Shown one piece after another: positions 9,301-17,126 of a DNA stretch of 32,000 nucleotides. The notes under the pieces were generated by a model, which saw nothing but the letters and a program-made list of their open reading frames with translations, was not told where the DNA came from and did not search any database. A program made the translations under genes and the position numbers. The stretch comes from Fibrobacter succinogenes subsp. succinogenes S85 (GTDB lineage: Bacteria; Fibrobacterota; Fibrobacteria; Fibrobacterales; Fibrobacteraceae). Where the stretch lies: the NCBI RefSeq assembly GCF_000146505.1, contig NC_017448.1, positions 450,001 to 482,000 on the forward strand, in the 5' to 3' direction. The first letter of the stretch is position 1. The number at the start of each line of letters is the position of its first letter.

Positions 9301-10453
9301 TGCCGTAATAGCCGTCGCGCAGAAGTTCATCTTTTTCAGCACGAACATACCTAAGCCATTCGATGCTCTTGGCCGTAGACTTCGGCGGTTCAATCGTTTT
9401 TAAGCGAAGACCACTCCCCGTTTGCTTATAGCCCAAAATAAAGTGCTGGTAGAAGGAATAGGGCGAATAAGAATGGAAATATCCCATGTTCGTTTTAGGA
9501 ACATCCGGCACCTGAGTCGGTTCCGAATCCGTGCGTTTCCAGAACGCATTGCCGTAGCCGACAAAAAACAGAGAGTCGCCATCGTCAAAAATGCCATTGG
9601 AATTGCGGTCGTCAACTTTGATAGGCAGTTCAAAAAGCTGGTTCGGATTACGCAATTTTTCCCCCGGTCCCATATCAGGGAGTGTATCCGGCGATGCACC
9701 ATAAACGCAAACCTTTTCAACAGGAACGCCATGCAAAAGTGTATCTTCGCGACCCACCTTGCGGAGCGCCGTGCGAAGCATCTCGTAGCTGACCGCATAC
9801 ATGCCATCTTCGCTAAAAGTCGCGATGTTCTCGTCACCCACAACCAGTTCGACAAGTTGAGCGACATCATCAATTTCGGCACTGGCCGAGCGACGCAAAG
9901 ACTTACGTGATGCAGCAGAACCAAACTTAGCTGCCGACTTGGCATTCACCACCTGCATAAGCGCACGGGCGCCCGGATTCCTGCCACCCGACGTTGCAGC
10001 ACCAAAATCAACACTCAAGCGGAAGTTCTTGCGAAGTGCAATAGAACCGCCTTCCTTGACGTAAAGCGGGACAAACACATCGACCATCCACAAGTTGTCC
10101 TTGAAAAACGGACTAGAGACATCGATAGACTGAATCTTTGCCGGAATTGATTTACAGGGAGACGCTCCAAGCGAAACAAGCTTGCTATTCGTCACCGAGA
10201 CCGATGGTTTTACGTTAGACGGAAGCGCCAAACGGTAATGGCGAACAGGAACGTCGCCTTCATCCACATAAAAAGCGTTTTCGGGAGCAAAGCGCATCCC
10301 CAAGCCGTCTTCACAGGATCTCGTCGACGAATCCAGGACCTCGTCATCTAAGACAAATCGCTTATTGGAATCCTCTATGACAGAAGATGCCCAGCTAGAT
10401 ACAGTTGCACAGGCAACTAGAAGAATTTGAAATTTTTTGATGATAGAATTCAC
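6341..10453 (-). CDS. Peptidase C25 (gingipain-type) family protein with a T9SS-type C-terminal sorting domain; PorU-like architecture
   Basis: 1370 aa with a GTG start and signal peptide (MNSIIKKFQILLVACATVSSWA/SS). The central domain carries a catalytic-dyad context: FYGHGSKVAW (His875, nt 7829-7831) and NSFSCTVGRFDE (Cys909, nt 7727-7729). The C-terminal roughly 100 aa read VPNPMGKKGTTFYF...IYNQHGRLVKVI...WDGRDNYGRLLANGLYHYVV...KKQKLLISR, a FlgD-Ig/T9SS CTD pattern (nt about 6344-6652). Confidence 0.85.
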   Translation of the reverse strand: MNSIIKKFQILLVACATVSSWASSVIEDSNKRFVLDDEVLDSSTRSCEDGLGMRFAPENAFYVDEGDVPVRHYRLALPSNVKPSVSVTNSKLVSLGASPCKSIPAKIQSIDVSSPFFKDNLWMVDVFVPLYVKEGGSIALRKNFRLSVDFGAATSGGRNPGARALMQVVNAKSAAKFGSAASRKSLRRSASAEIDDVAQLVELVVGDENIATFSEDGMYAVSYEMLRTALRKVGREDTLLHGVPVEKVCVYGASPDTLPDMGPGEKLRNPNQLFELPIKVDDRNSNGIFDDGDSLFFVGYGNAFWKRTDSEPTQVPDVPKTNMGYFHSYSPYSFYQHFILGYKQTGSGLRLKTIEPPKSTAKSIEWLRYVRAEKDELLRDGYYGRVVDWEKTTGKEYFWKWREFGDTLSLSSADLDFKTTTRLPGLVSGGKGFVALSFFPLRSQSASMMFSDSTYEKRINPIVFNLKVNGISYSKLKSDSFYWASGDILPGGNFGIPTSDLKSDGNKFELTIYDNSYQHDRFDGYSVAYQWEPAKVSIDSSEWLLPGFATGVIRIPVGTDSDLRVMKFKDFAPVGLLKITDGEAIDSIGANEDVRYLLFNNGNRRKALSLKGVAAPSKNAVQKLSQISSKTEYLIITPDVFLAQAESLAVFRSSEKSASQLVTAVVSAENIYRHYTGGALSPIAIRNYIAYARSVCPDLRFVLLAGGGNYDYRGKANIGENYIPPFEKEASVTEDFFAVLDSGEVVRSGKTYDVDLALGRLPVTTVQEFEDYIDKAKDYDYIGRFDHGEWKSTLLLAADDDRNAGSADPMDHTIYQENLANLIDTTAESQGFRMNMKKVYLLNYEADAAEQKQEAANDFLNMLNQGALMTVFYGHGSKVAWASEGLMKLSYLPKLSNEKRYTVLNSFSCTVGRFDEGGSKSMTEAFVLLPNAGAIAAVGAARETYAKPNEVFAKNFIGPALLKDGNYLGVAYMQAKDNVFLHSKSVPTYTNNVYNSEHYVYMGEPVIRMPLAELKVSMDSPLDSIKALEKIKLSGKVSGMSSGNIALTLREGRFTKRLDMISTSNYADVKYDGPLIYSEVVPVVGGRFETEFVTPKKLNIGDSLAELRGWAYSSNDVAVGRYFEKNIKITGISNYADSLNDKAPPTIKIQLCNANESTSFADNQFVKLLTPACLQVVVEDETALDYREQADEGITFEMFGLENSYHPTLFLEQSSKRAVVRKSFTTETYPPGNYTFKVRAMDVLGNVSIKILNIEITEAMQAGLADVFNVPNPMGKKGTTFYFKNLAVGVESDVNIFIYNQHGRLVKVIKNAKSGVTQWDGRDNYGRLLANGLYHYVVRSKTRIVNSSSDTKMKSKTQTWTKKQKLLISR

Positions 10454-10493
10454 GAACTTTAAAATAGAAAACTATCAACCTTTAGATGTATAG

Positions 10494-11375
10494 CTAGGGC
10501 CTTGTAATGACCATTTCAAGGAATCCGTTGCCCGTTGTACGCATTTCAATCTTTTCGCCTCCCTGCGCCTTGGCTTTAAAGACCGTTATGTATTCTGGAG
10601 GGATGCCTTTTGAAAGAATCATCTCGATTTCCTTCGCCGAAATCATGTATTTCGAGGTCCATTTATCCATGTACCAGTGCCATGGCTGCCAGTTGAAAAT
10701 ACCACGGGTGGACTGGACGAAAGCCCGGAGCATCATGGAGTATTCGTACTTCAGGAATCCAAGATAGTCATTCACTTCGGCATGCTTATCGACGAGCGTT
10801 TTCGTCGCAAAATCAGGGTCATAGCGAAGCGGAGTCTTGTCGGGGTTATCGTAGGTAAAACGGATTAATTTATCCAGCACAGATATTTTGAGATTTGAAC
10901 GGTCCAAATGCACAAATTCCTTTTCAGAAACTTGTTTGTAATCCCTAAATACAACATCCGGAGTCAAGACCTTGTTGAGCTTGAGCGGGACAGGTTTCGC
11001 ATCAAGGGATCCCAGTTCGTAAAAGACGAGGACCTCGCCCGCCCCCTTTGACAGAAGGACCGAAAGCAAAGGTTTTTCGCGTTCGGTAATTGCCCAAATC
11101 ATCTTCGGCTTGTTCGCAGAATTCAGAATCGGATCCAGCACCTTCATCACAGACGGATCACGTACGCCATTCACATCCCACTCCATCCACGTACCCGTCC
11201 CACCAACGGAATCGAGCACGTCAAAAAGTCGGCCACCGACAAAGCCATCCTTTGCTTCGACAGCTCCGTAAATTTTAGTCGAGCCAGCCGGTTTTGCCTT
11301 CGAAGAAGCAGGGGCTGCCAACGCCGAAGTTGCAAAAATGGAAAAAAGAGCACAAGCCGCAAGAAACTTACGCAT
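10494..11375 (-). CDS. Secreted hypothetical protein
   Basis: 293 aa, ATG start, signal peptide MRKFLAACALFSIFATSALA/AP. No family recognised. Confidence 0.75.
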   Translation of the reverse strand: MRKFLAACALFSIFATSALAAPASSKAKPAGSTKIYGAVEAKDGFVGGRLFDVLDSVGGTGTWMEWDVNGVRDPSVMKVLDPILNSANKPKMIWAITEREKPLLSVLLSKGAGEVLVFYELGSLDAKPVPLKLNKVLTPDVVFRDYKQVSEKEFVHLDRSNLKISVLDKLIRFTYDNPDKTPLRYDPDFATKTLVDKHAEVNDYLGFLKYEYSMMLRAFVQSTRGIFNWQPWHWYMDKWTSKYMISAKEIEMILSKGIPPEYITVFKAKAQGGEKIEMRTTGNGFLEMVITRP

Positions 11376-11402
11376 AAATTCTAGACCTTGATATTAAGAC
11401 TG

Positions 11403-12122
11403 TTAAAAACCGATCGGTTCCAAAAGCGATTCATCCAGGCGTGAATACTGCAAGTGGTACTTTTTGTCGAGCCAGTAGAGGGCAAGCTTGGCTCCAGTCC
11501 AGTTTTTCTTGGCAGCAGTCGCTTCAACACCCTTCGTAATAAGCGGGAGCGTTTCAATCAAGTCGAGTTTCCACTTGGTATCGTCCCAGTTAAAGAGCAT
11601 AATAGGCACCTTGGGGCTTGATGCAAGACCAACACTTCCACGATCGTTCTTGACTTCGAACGGACCCATTTTCACGTGGTTTGCCAAATCCAGGAATCCA
11701 CTATCATAAAGGAGCAGGTAAAGCATGCGGTAATCCGGCACTGTCCAGAGGTGTTCGCGCTCGTAGAGCCTGTAAAGCACGATGGCATAAGCTTCGTAAA
11801 ACTGGCACGTGTCCATGGCGGTAGCATCGTAAGACTTGGCATGGCTTTCAAGTTCATCAAGCCATGCTTCCGAAGGATCCGTCAAGAAATCGAGCAAGAT
11901 ATCGGACGGAGCCCGGTTTTCAACCGATTTTTTGAAAAGGTCGTACATCTCTTCGAGCATAGCGAGCTTTTGGGATTCCTGGGCTTTGACCTTCGCATCA
12001 CGGACGGCAGCAGTCTCGGCAGGTTCATTGGTAGAACCATTAGAAGACCCGGCACAGCCAGCCATAATTGCAAATACGCTCACCAAAAGCGCTAGAACTA
12101 TTTTATTTTTCAGAACATGCAT
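11403..12122 (-). CDS. Hypothetical lipoprotein
   Basis: 239 aa with a lipobox (LLVSVFAIMAG-C-AGSS). No family recognised. Confidence 0.75.
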   Translation of the reverse strand: MHVLKNKIVLALLVSVFAIMAGCAGSSNGSTNEPAETAAVRDAKVKAQESQKLAMLEEMYDLFKKSVENRAPSDILLDFLTDPSEAWLDELESHAKSYDATAMDTCQFYEAYAIVLYRLYEREHLWTVPDYRMLYLLLYDSGFLDLANHVKMGPFEVKNDRGSVGLASSPKVPIMLFNWDDTKWKLDLIETLPLITKGVEATAAKKNWTGAKLALYWLDKKYHLQYSRLDESLLEPIGF

Positions 12123-12140
12123 CGCGATACCTACCTGAAA

Positions 12141-12608
12141 ATGAATTTGGACGAACTTTTACGCGCCTGTACCCTGAAAGGATACCAAGGCAGCGGTCCC
12201 GGCGGTCAACATAGGAACAAGACCAACACCGGCGTTCATCTTTCGTTACAACAATATAATTTAGAAATCAAGTCTTCCGAAAGTAGGAGTGCAAAAGAAA
12301 ATAAAATTCATGCGCTCCACCACATGCAAATGGCACTTGCGTTGAACGTACGCGAAGAACCGCCCGCCGTCGAGATGAAATTTCCGGGTAGCAACGGGCA
12401 TATCCAGCCGAGCAACCCGCAGTTTCCGCTGTTCGTCGCCCATGTCTTTGACATCATGGCGACCAAGAATGGCGATACAAAGGCCGCAGCGGCGGCATTT
12501 GGCCTTAGCCCGAGCGCACTCGTGAAGATTTTACGGCAAGACAAATCCTGTGCCGCAAAGTTGCAAGGAAACCGAGTCGAGAACGGAAAGAGCAAATTAC
12601 ACCTGTAA
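12141..12608 (+). CDS. RF-1-domain (GGQ) protein, ArfB/peptidyl-tRNA-hydrolase-like
   Basis: GSGPGGQHRNKTNTGV contains the GGQ motif at nt 12201-12209, followed by ESRSAKENKIHAL. The ATG at 12141 (MNLDELL) is preferred over ATG 12117, which overlaps the divergent lipoprotein start in an ATGCAT palindrome. Confidence 0.7.
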   Translation: MNLDELLRACTLKGYQGSGPGGQHRNKTNTGVHLSLQQYNLEIKSSESRSAKENKIHALHHMQMALALNVREEPPAVEMKFPGSNGHIQPSNPQFPLFVAHVFDIMATKNGDTKAAAAAFGLSPSALVKILRQDKSCAAKLQGNRVENGKSKLHL

Positions 12609-12723
12609 GCACAAACGCAATCACAAACGCCACGTTTATAAAATTTTACTAAAAATTTTTAGACCAAACGGCTGAAAAACGCGTGTTAAATAAATAGGAC
12701 CAACCCAAAAATCAGGAGGTTAC

Positions 12724-13965
12724 ATGAGTCCTACAACCAAAAAACACGTCTGCCGTTATGCGGCTACAGCCCTCACCGCCCTTGCGTTCTGGAACTGCTC
12801 TAGCGATTCCCGCGCAGAATCCCCCATTGATTCCATTCAGATCGGAGAAAGCGCCAACATCGCGCTCAACCTGGACTACACGGGAACGCCTCTGCTCGAC
12901 AGCCTCGTGCTGGACTGCTATGGCTCGGACACGCTCCACCTTGTCCATTCCATTGAAAAAAAGTCGTTCAACCTCGACCTTTTCCCTGGTGAAGAATGGA
13001 TTTTCAATGCCAAGCTCTACGCCAACGGAGCGCTGATGCAGGAAGGCGAAGTCACGACCTCGCTTGAAGCAGGTTCTGCCGTGAGCCTTAAAATTCCGAT
13101 GCATGCACTTGTCGGATTTGTCTATGTGAAAATTCCTATCGGGTTCGGCAATCCGGCGGGAATCAAGAAAGGCGAAATGAAGCTCACCAGTGGTGACGAA
13201 ACATTCACCTACCCCATGGAGTTCGATTCGGACAACGTCACGTTCACGAGCGATGACCTTAAGCTTGACCGCGAATACCACATCAGCATTTCCATGCAAG
13301 ACGAAAGCGAAAAGACAATTTTCAGCATGGAAGACGATTTCACGCTTGACGAAAACACGCCTATTCCAAGCTTTCAGATTGAATCGCTCCGTAGCAAGAT
13401 TGCACTCGCCATCGACCTTGCAAAAGACGTGAATCTGCAAGTGTCGCTGAGGCTCCCCGCCATGAAGCGCGCCCCCGCAGCAAATGACATCGTAGTCAGC
13501 GAATTCTTTGTGCAGCCTAAGGATTCTACACAATTCACGTTCGTGGAATTCTACAACGGCAGCACAGACACTCTCGTTTTGGACAAATGTACGCTCGGAA
13601 AGACATCAAACGTAAGCGGTGCGGCTGAAATTTCCACCGTAACGCTCCCGCCAAACGAAGTGCTTGTCGTAGGCACCAGTGAAACCGCTGACATCGCAGG
13701 CATTTACAAGTACGCCGAAAGCATGCCGCAATTTGGCAAGACTTCGGGCTCAATTGTTTTGCAGTGCAACGGAAACGTTCTAGATTCGCTCTACTACGGC
13801 AAGGCGGATACGCTCCACGTGACACCGCTCCCCATCGGGTCTTCATCGGCTGCAGTTCGCAAGAGTACTCAGCTCAATATCGGGCTGTGGAACAAGCGTA
13901 GTGAGCCGGATTCCTGGTGTACGGACACGCCTACGCCAGGCATGATTTCCGCCTGCGGGAATTAA
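12724..13965 (+). CDS. Lipoprotein with a C-terminal lamin-tail-domain (LTD)-like region
   Basis: ATG preceded by AGGAGG. Lipobox-like LTALAFWN-C-SSDS. The C-terminal region from nt about 13486 (DIVVSEFFVQPKDSTQFTFVEFYNGSTDTLVLDKCTLGK...GSIVLQ) matches the LTD pattern (ISE..., EFVELYN). Confidence 0.7.
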   Translation: MSPTTKKHVCRYAATALTALAFWNCSSDSRAESPIDSIQIGESANIALNLDYTGTPLLDSLVLDCYGSDTLHLVHSIEKKSFNLDLFPGEEWIFNAKLYANGALMQEGEVTTSLEAGSAVSLKIPMHALVGFVYVKIPIGFGNPAGIKKGEMKLTSGDETFTYPMEFDSDNVTFTSDDLKLDREYHISISMQDESEKTIFSMEDDFTLDENTPIPSFQIESLRSKIALAIDLAKDVNLQVSLRLPAMKRAPAANDIVVSEFFVQPKDSTQFTFVEFYNGSTDTLVLDKCTLGKTSNVSGAAEISTVTLPPNEVLVVGTSETADIAGIYKYAESMPQFGKTSGSIVLQCNGNVLDSLYYGKADTLHVTPLPIGSSSAAVRKSTQLNIGLWNKRSEPDSWCTDTPTPGMISACGN

Positions 13966-13989
13966 AAGGAACCCATCGGCGTAGTGATG

Positions 13990-14025
13990 TGAACCCCGAT
14001 AGTTGAGTCCAACTTTTGGGGTTCA
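13990..14025 (+). terminator. Possible terminator hairpin after the LTD lipoprotein gene
   Basis: 8-bp stem TGAACCCC/GGGGTTCA with a long (20-nt) loop. A T-rich tract follows at about 14037-14050. Weak. Confidence 0.35.
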
Positions 14026-14061
14026 GTTCATAGCTGGTATTTTTCTTTTATACAAAATAAG

Positions 14062-14118
14062 CCCGCACAATGGCGGGATTGACAAGGTTGTAGACGGCGG
14101 GTACATCCTACCGTCTAC
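14062..14118 (-). terminator. Hairpins downstream of the REC-like gene
   Basis: GTAGACGG...CCGTCTAC (14090-14118, 8-bp stem) lies just after the stop codon. CCCGC/GCGGG (14062-14077) is followed on the minus strand by CTTATTTTGTAT. Confidence 0.45.
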
Positions 14119-14128
14119 GGTCTGCTAT

Positions 14129-14587
14129 TTAAGCGTGGATTTGGGAGCTGGCGCGTTCGATGTCGAACAGGCGGCGCAAGTTTTCTGCCTTAGCCGGTTC
14201 GCGTTCTTCGGGGAGAGTCAGCGGACCCATGTTGATAGCCACGAGGATAGAACCCGGATAGTTGTTCACGCGCTTGATGAAATCGCTGACGGAAACACCT
14301 TCGGTGTAGAAGTCCACGACGAACGTATCCCAGTCGTCTTCTTCGAGCTGCTGCAGAGCTTCTTCTTCGGTCTTCACGGCCTTGAAGTAGGCGCCCACGA
14401 GCAAGTCCGAAAGGACTTCGAGGCAGGCTTCACGGCGGACATCATCTTCTTCCCAAATCAGGATGCGACGGTCGCTGTAGTCACGGACTTGCGGGACAAA
14501 GTTTTCTTCGGCGTTCAATGCGTCAAGCATCGCACCGTTGGCTTCGTCCATTTCTTCATCATCAAAATTATCGATTTCTTTAGCCAT
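14129..14587 (-). CDS. Single-domain response-regulator receiver (REC)-like protein with an acidic N-terminal extension
   Basis: Start taken at ATG 14587 (MAKEIDNFDDEEMDE...). The REC-like pattern is RILIWEEDD (beta1 acidic pair), DTFVVDF (candidate phospho-acceptor Asp) and ILVAIN. The conserved Thr/Lys positions look degenerate. The upstream part of the ORF-track entry (to 14665) runs through a repeat-rich intergenic region. Confidence 0.55.
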   Translation of the reverse strand: MAKEIDNFDDEEMDEANGAMLDALNAEENFVPQVRDYSDRRILIWEEDDVRREACLEVLSDLLVGAYFKAVKTEEEALQQLEEDDWDTFVVDFYTEGVSVSDFIKRVNNYPGSILVAINMGPLTLPEEREPAKAENLRRLFDIERASSQIHA

Positions 14588-14604
14588 GTTGTAAATATAG
14601 TAAT

Positions 14605-14717
14605 TAGACGAAAGACGAGAGACGAAAGACGAAAGATTTTTCACAGAATCCGTGCGAAGCACCATTATACCACTCTCGTCTCTAGCCTGTAGGCTCGTAG
14701 AGCCGTTCTTTCGTCTA
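14605..14717. repeat. Heptamer array GACGARA (4 tandem copies plus 2 inverted copies) forming nested inverted repeats
   Basis: Tandem GACGAAA-GACGAGA-GACGAAA-GACGAAA at 14607-14634. Inverted copies TCTCGTC (14674-14680) and TTTCGTC (14709-14715). An 11-bp inverted repeat pairs 14605-14615 with 14707-14717, and a 9-bp inverted repeat pairs 14613-14621 with 14673-14681. A central imperfect palindrome lies at about 14679-14703. Confidence 0.6.
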
Positions 14718-14725
14718 TGCGGGGC

Positions 14726-15139
14726 TTAGCCACGCTCGTCGAACCAGCGCTGGAGTATTATCGCGGCGGCGGTACGGTCAATTATAGCCTTGTTCTTCTG
14801 CTTTTTCTTTTTGCTCATGTACGAGGTGAACTCCTGCGCCTGCACGCTGGAGTACGATTCATCCTGCGTATGGATTTTCATTCCCGGGAATCGCAGTGTC
14901 AAATCCTTGATGAAAGCCTCCACCACCACGTTTTTGCCATCCTTGCGGCCATCCGGGTGGTAAGGCATCCCGACGACAAATTCGTCAATCTTGTTGAGGC
15001 GCACGAGCTGGTCCAGACGTTCGAACAGGTTCGTCGTCTTCTGGTCAATCGTCTCGCGCGAAAACGCCATCTTGAGCTCGGAATCGCCAAAAGCGACCCC
15101 AACGCGATGCTCTCCGTAATCCAAAGCCAAGTAATTCAC
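14726..15139 (-). CDS. ruvX: Holliday-junction-resolvase-like pre-16S rRNA nuclease YqgF/RuvX
   Basis: 137 aa, GTG start. (M)NYLALDYGEHRVGVAFGD matches the YqgF N-terminal motif, and the remainder is RNase H-like. Confidence 0.88.
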   Translation of the reverse strand: MNYLALDYGEHRVGVAFGDSELKMAFSRETIDQKTTNLFERLDQLVRLNKIDEFVVGMPYHPDGRKDGKNVVVEAFIKDLTLRFPGMKIHTQDESYSSVQAQEFTSYMSKKKKQKNKAIIDRTAAAIILQRWFDERG

Positions 15140-15230
15140 GCCTCTAAATATAGAATACGAGCACTAAATATTGCAATTTTCCACTCATTTTTCTATCTTT
15201 GCGCCGAAAATTAAAGCCAAACGGTAAAAT

Positions 15231-17066
15231 ATGGATCAATCAAAAATCAGAAACGTTGCCATCATCGCCCACGTTGACCACGGTAAAACAACCCTGGTGA
15301 ACCAGCTCCTCAAACAGTGCGGAACCTTCCATGAAGGTGAAGAAATCGTGGACCGAGTGATGGACTCCGACAACCTCGAACGCGAACGCGGCATTACCAT
15401 CCTCTCCAAGAACACGAGCGTGATGTACAAGGGATACCGCGTGAACATCGTCGATACCCCGGGGCATGCTGACTTCGGTGGCCAGGTGGAACGCGTTTTG
15501 GGTACAGTCGATGGCGTTCTTCTGGTCGTTGACGCTTTCGAAGGCCCCATGGCCCAGACCCGCTTCGTGACGAAGAAGGCTTTGGAACTCGGACTTACCC
15601 CGATTATCGTCGTGAACAAAATCGACCGCGACGGCTGCAACCCGCTCCTCGCTCTCGACAAGGTCTTTGACTTGTTCTGCGAACTCGATGCTACCGAAGA
15701 ACAGCTCGATTTCGACAGAGTTTTTGGCAGTGGCCGTAAGGGCATTTGCCGCGCCGAACTTGAAGACCCGGATGGCGACTTCAGCATCTTGATGGACAAG
15801 ATTATCGAACGTATTCCGGCTCCGAAGGGCGATCCGAATGCAGAACCGCTCCTCCAGATTGCCTCCCTCGAATACTCCAGCTTCTTGGGTCGTTTGGCTG
15901 TGGGTCGCGTGCAGCAGGGCGTGTTCAAGCCGAACCAGACCTACGCTCAGGCATTCCCCGACGGAACCGTCAAGAACGTCCGTCCGCAAAAGCTCCTCCG
16001 CTACGAAGGCCTTACCCCGAAGCCGATTGAAGAAGCGGGTCCGGGCGAAATCATCCTCATCGCAGGTCTTGACTACTTCGATATCGGTGATACGCTTTCT
16101 TCTACGAACAATCCAGTTCACTTGCCGCGTATTCACATTGACCCGCCGACAATTTCTATGCTCTTCACCGTGAACACTTCGCCGCTCGCCGGCAAATACG
16201 GTGGAAAGTTCATGACGGGTAACCAGCTCCAGGAACGTTTGGAACGCGCCCACATGGCTGACCCCGCCCTCCTCGTCGAAAAGGCCGAAGGTGCATCTAC
16301 GTTCAAGGTTTCTGGCCGTGGCATTTTGCACCTCACGATTCTCGTCGAAAACATGCGCCGTGAACTTTATGAATTCACCATCGGTTCTCCGCAGGTCATT
16401 TTCCAGAAAGACGAAAGCGGTAAGCTTTTGGAACCAGTCGAAGACTTCAAGGTCGAAGTTCCGAACGAATTCAGCGGCGCCTGCATCCAGGAAATCCAGC
16501 AGCGCAAGGGCGAAATGGTCAACATGACCACCGACGAAAACGACCGCGTTTCTCTCGAATTTATCGTTCCCTCCCGTGGCCTTATCGGTATCCGTCCGAA
16601 GCTCCTCTCCCTTTCCAAGGGTTACGCTGTGACGCAGTCCTTCTTCAAGGAATACCAGCCGTACAAGGGAGAAATTCCGTCTCGTATCAACGGTGTACTC
16701 ATCGCCAAGGAACCGGGCGAAGCTGCAAGCTACGCTCTCTCTAACTTGGAAGATCGTGGCTACCTCATCATCGGTCCGGGTGCCGAAGTTTATCCGGGCA
16801 TGATCGTGGGTGAACACAACCGCGACGTCGATATCACCGTGAACGTCACGAAGGGCAAGCACCTCACCAACATGCGTTCGAAGTCCGCAGACGACATGAT
16901 CCAGCTCACGCCGTACCGCCGCATGACTTTGGAAGAATGCGTCACCTTCATCAACGAAGACGAATGCATCGAAGTCACTCCGGAAGTGCTCCGCATCCGC
17001 AAGACCGAGCTTGACCCGATCAAGCGTAAGCAGATGTCCAAGAAGCCGGCTGAAGACGACGATTAA
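15231..17066 (+). CDS. typA: Translational GTPase TypA/BipA
   Basis: 611 aa. [22 protein letters not shown] (G1), [10 protein letters not shown] (G3), NKID (G4), with a BipA-specific C-terminal domain. Confidence 0.97.
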   Translation: MDQSKIRNVAIIAHVDHGKTTLVNQLLKQCGTFHEGEEIVDRVMDSDNLERERGITILSKNTSVMYKGYRVNIVDTPGHADFGGQVERVLGTVDGVLLVVDAFEGPMAQTRFVTKKALELGLTPIIVVNKIDRDGCNPLLALDKVFDLFCELDATEEQLDFDRVFGSGRKGICRAELEDPDGDFSILMDKIIERIPAPKGDPNAEPLLQIASLEYSSFLGRLAVGRVQQGVFKPNQTYAQAFPDGTVKNVRPQKLLRYEGLTPKPIEEAGPGEIILIAGLDYFDIGDTLSSTNNPVHLPRIHIDPPTISMLFTVNTSPLAGKYGGKFMTGNQLQERLERAHMADPALLVEKAEGASTFKVSGRGILHLTILVENMRRELYEFTIGSPQVIFQKDESGKLLEPVEDFKVEVPNEFSGACIQEIQQRKGEMVNMTTDENDRVSLEFIVPSRGLIGIRPKLLSLSKGYAVTQSFFKEYQPYKGEIPSRINGVLIAKEPGEAASYALSNLEDRGYLIIGPGAEVYPGMIVGEHNRDVDITVNVTKGKHLTNMRSKSADDMIQLTPYRRMTLEECVTFINEDECIEVTPEVLRIRKTELDPIKRKQMSKKPAEDDD

Positions 17067-17086
17067 TTCGCGTTTCGCGCAGTTTG

Positions 17087-17121
17087 CAAAAATCCCGACC
17101 ATCACGGCCGGGATTTTTTTT
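17087..17121. terminator. Bidirectional rho-independent terminator (typA and thiD converge)
   Basis: AAAAA-ATCCCGACC-atcac-GGCCGGGAT-TTTTTTT. The 9-bp stem has one mismatch, with an A-tract on the left and a T-tract on the right. Confidence 0.75.
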
Positions 17122-17126
17122 ACAAC

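Noticed and set aside
12712-13533. 273-aa antisense ORF opposite the LTD lipoprotein gene. Similar antisense ORFs occur at 14003-14692, 14717-15214, 17653-18360, 22117-22665, 22693-23199 and 25123-26112.
   Set aside because: Each fully overlaps a better-supported gene on the other strand (SD sequence, signal peptide or conserved motifs). They have odd composition, many begin at TTG or GTG, and none shows a recognisable domain.
13966-14128. Possible tRNA or small RNA in the hairpin-rich convergent intergenic region
   Set aside because: There is no cloverleaf and no GTTCGAATC-type T-loop. The hairpins are adequately explained as terminators for the two convergent genes.
14588-14665. Upstream extension of the REC-like ORF (MVLRTDSVKNLSSFVSRLSSNYYIYN)
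   Set aside because: This part is translated through the GACGARA heptamer array, which yields the repetitive S/R/L sequence. The ATG at 14587 gives a sensible start.
15240-17105. 621-aa ORF on the minus strand covering all of typA
   Set aside because: It is a mirror image of a highly conserved, confidently identified gene. Its product is low-complexity (R/V/F/G/E-rich) with no motifs. The frame is open only because typA avoids the codons whose reverse complements are stops. It is a shadow ORF.
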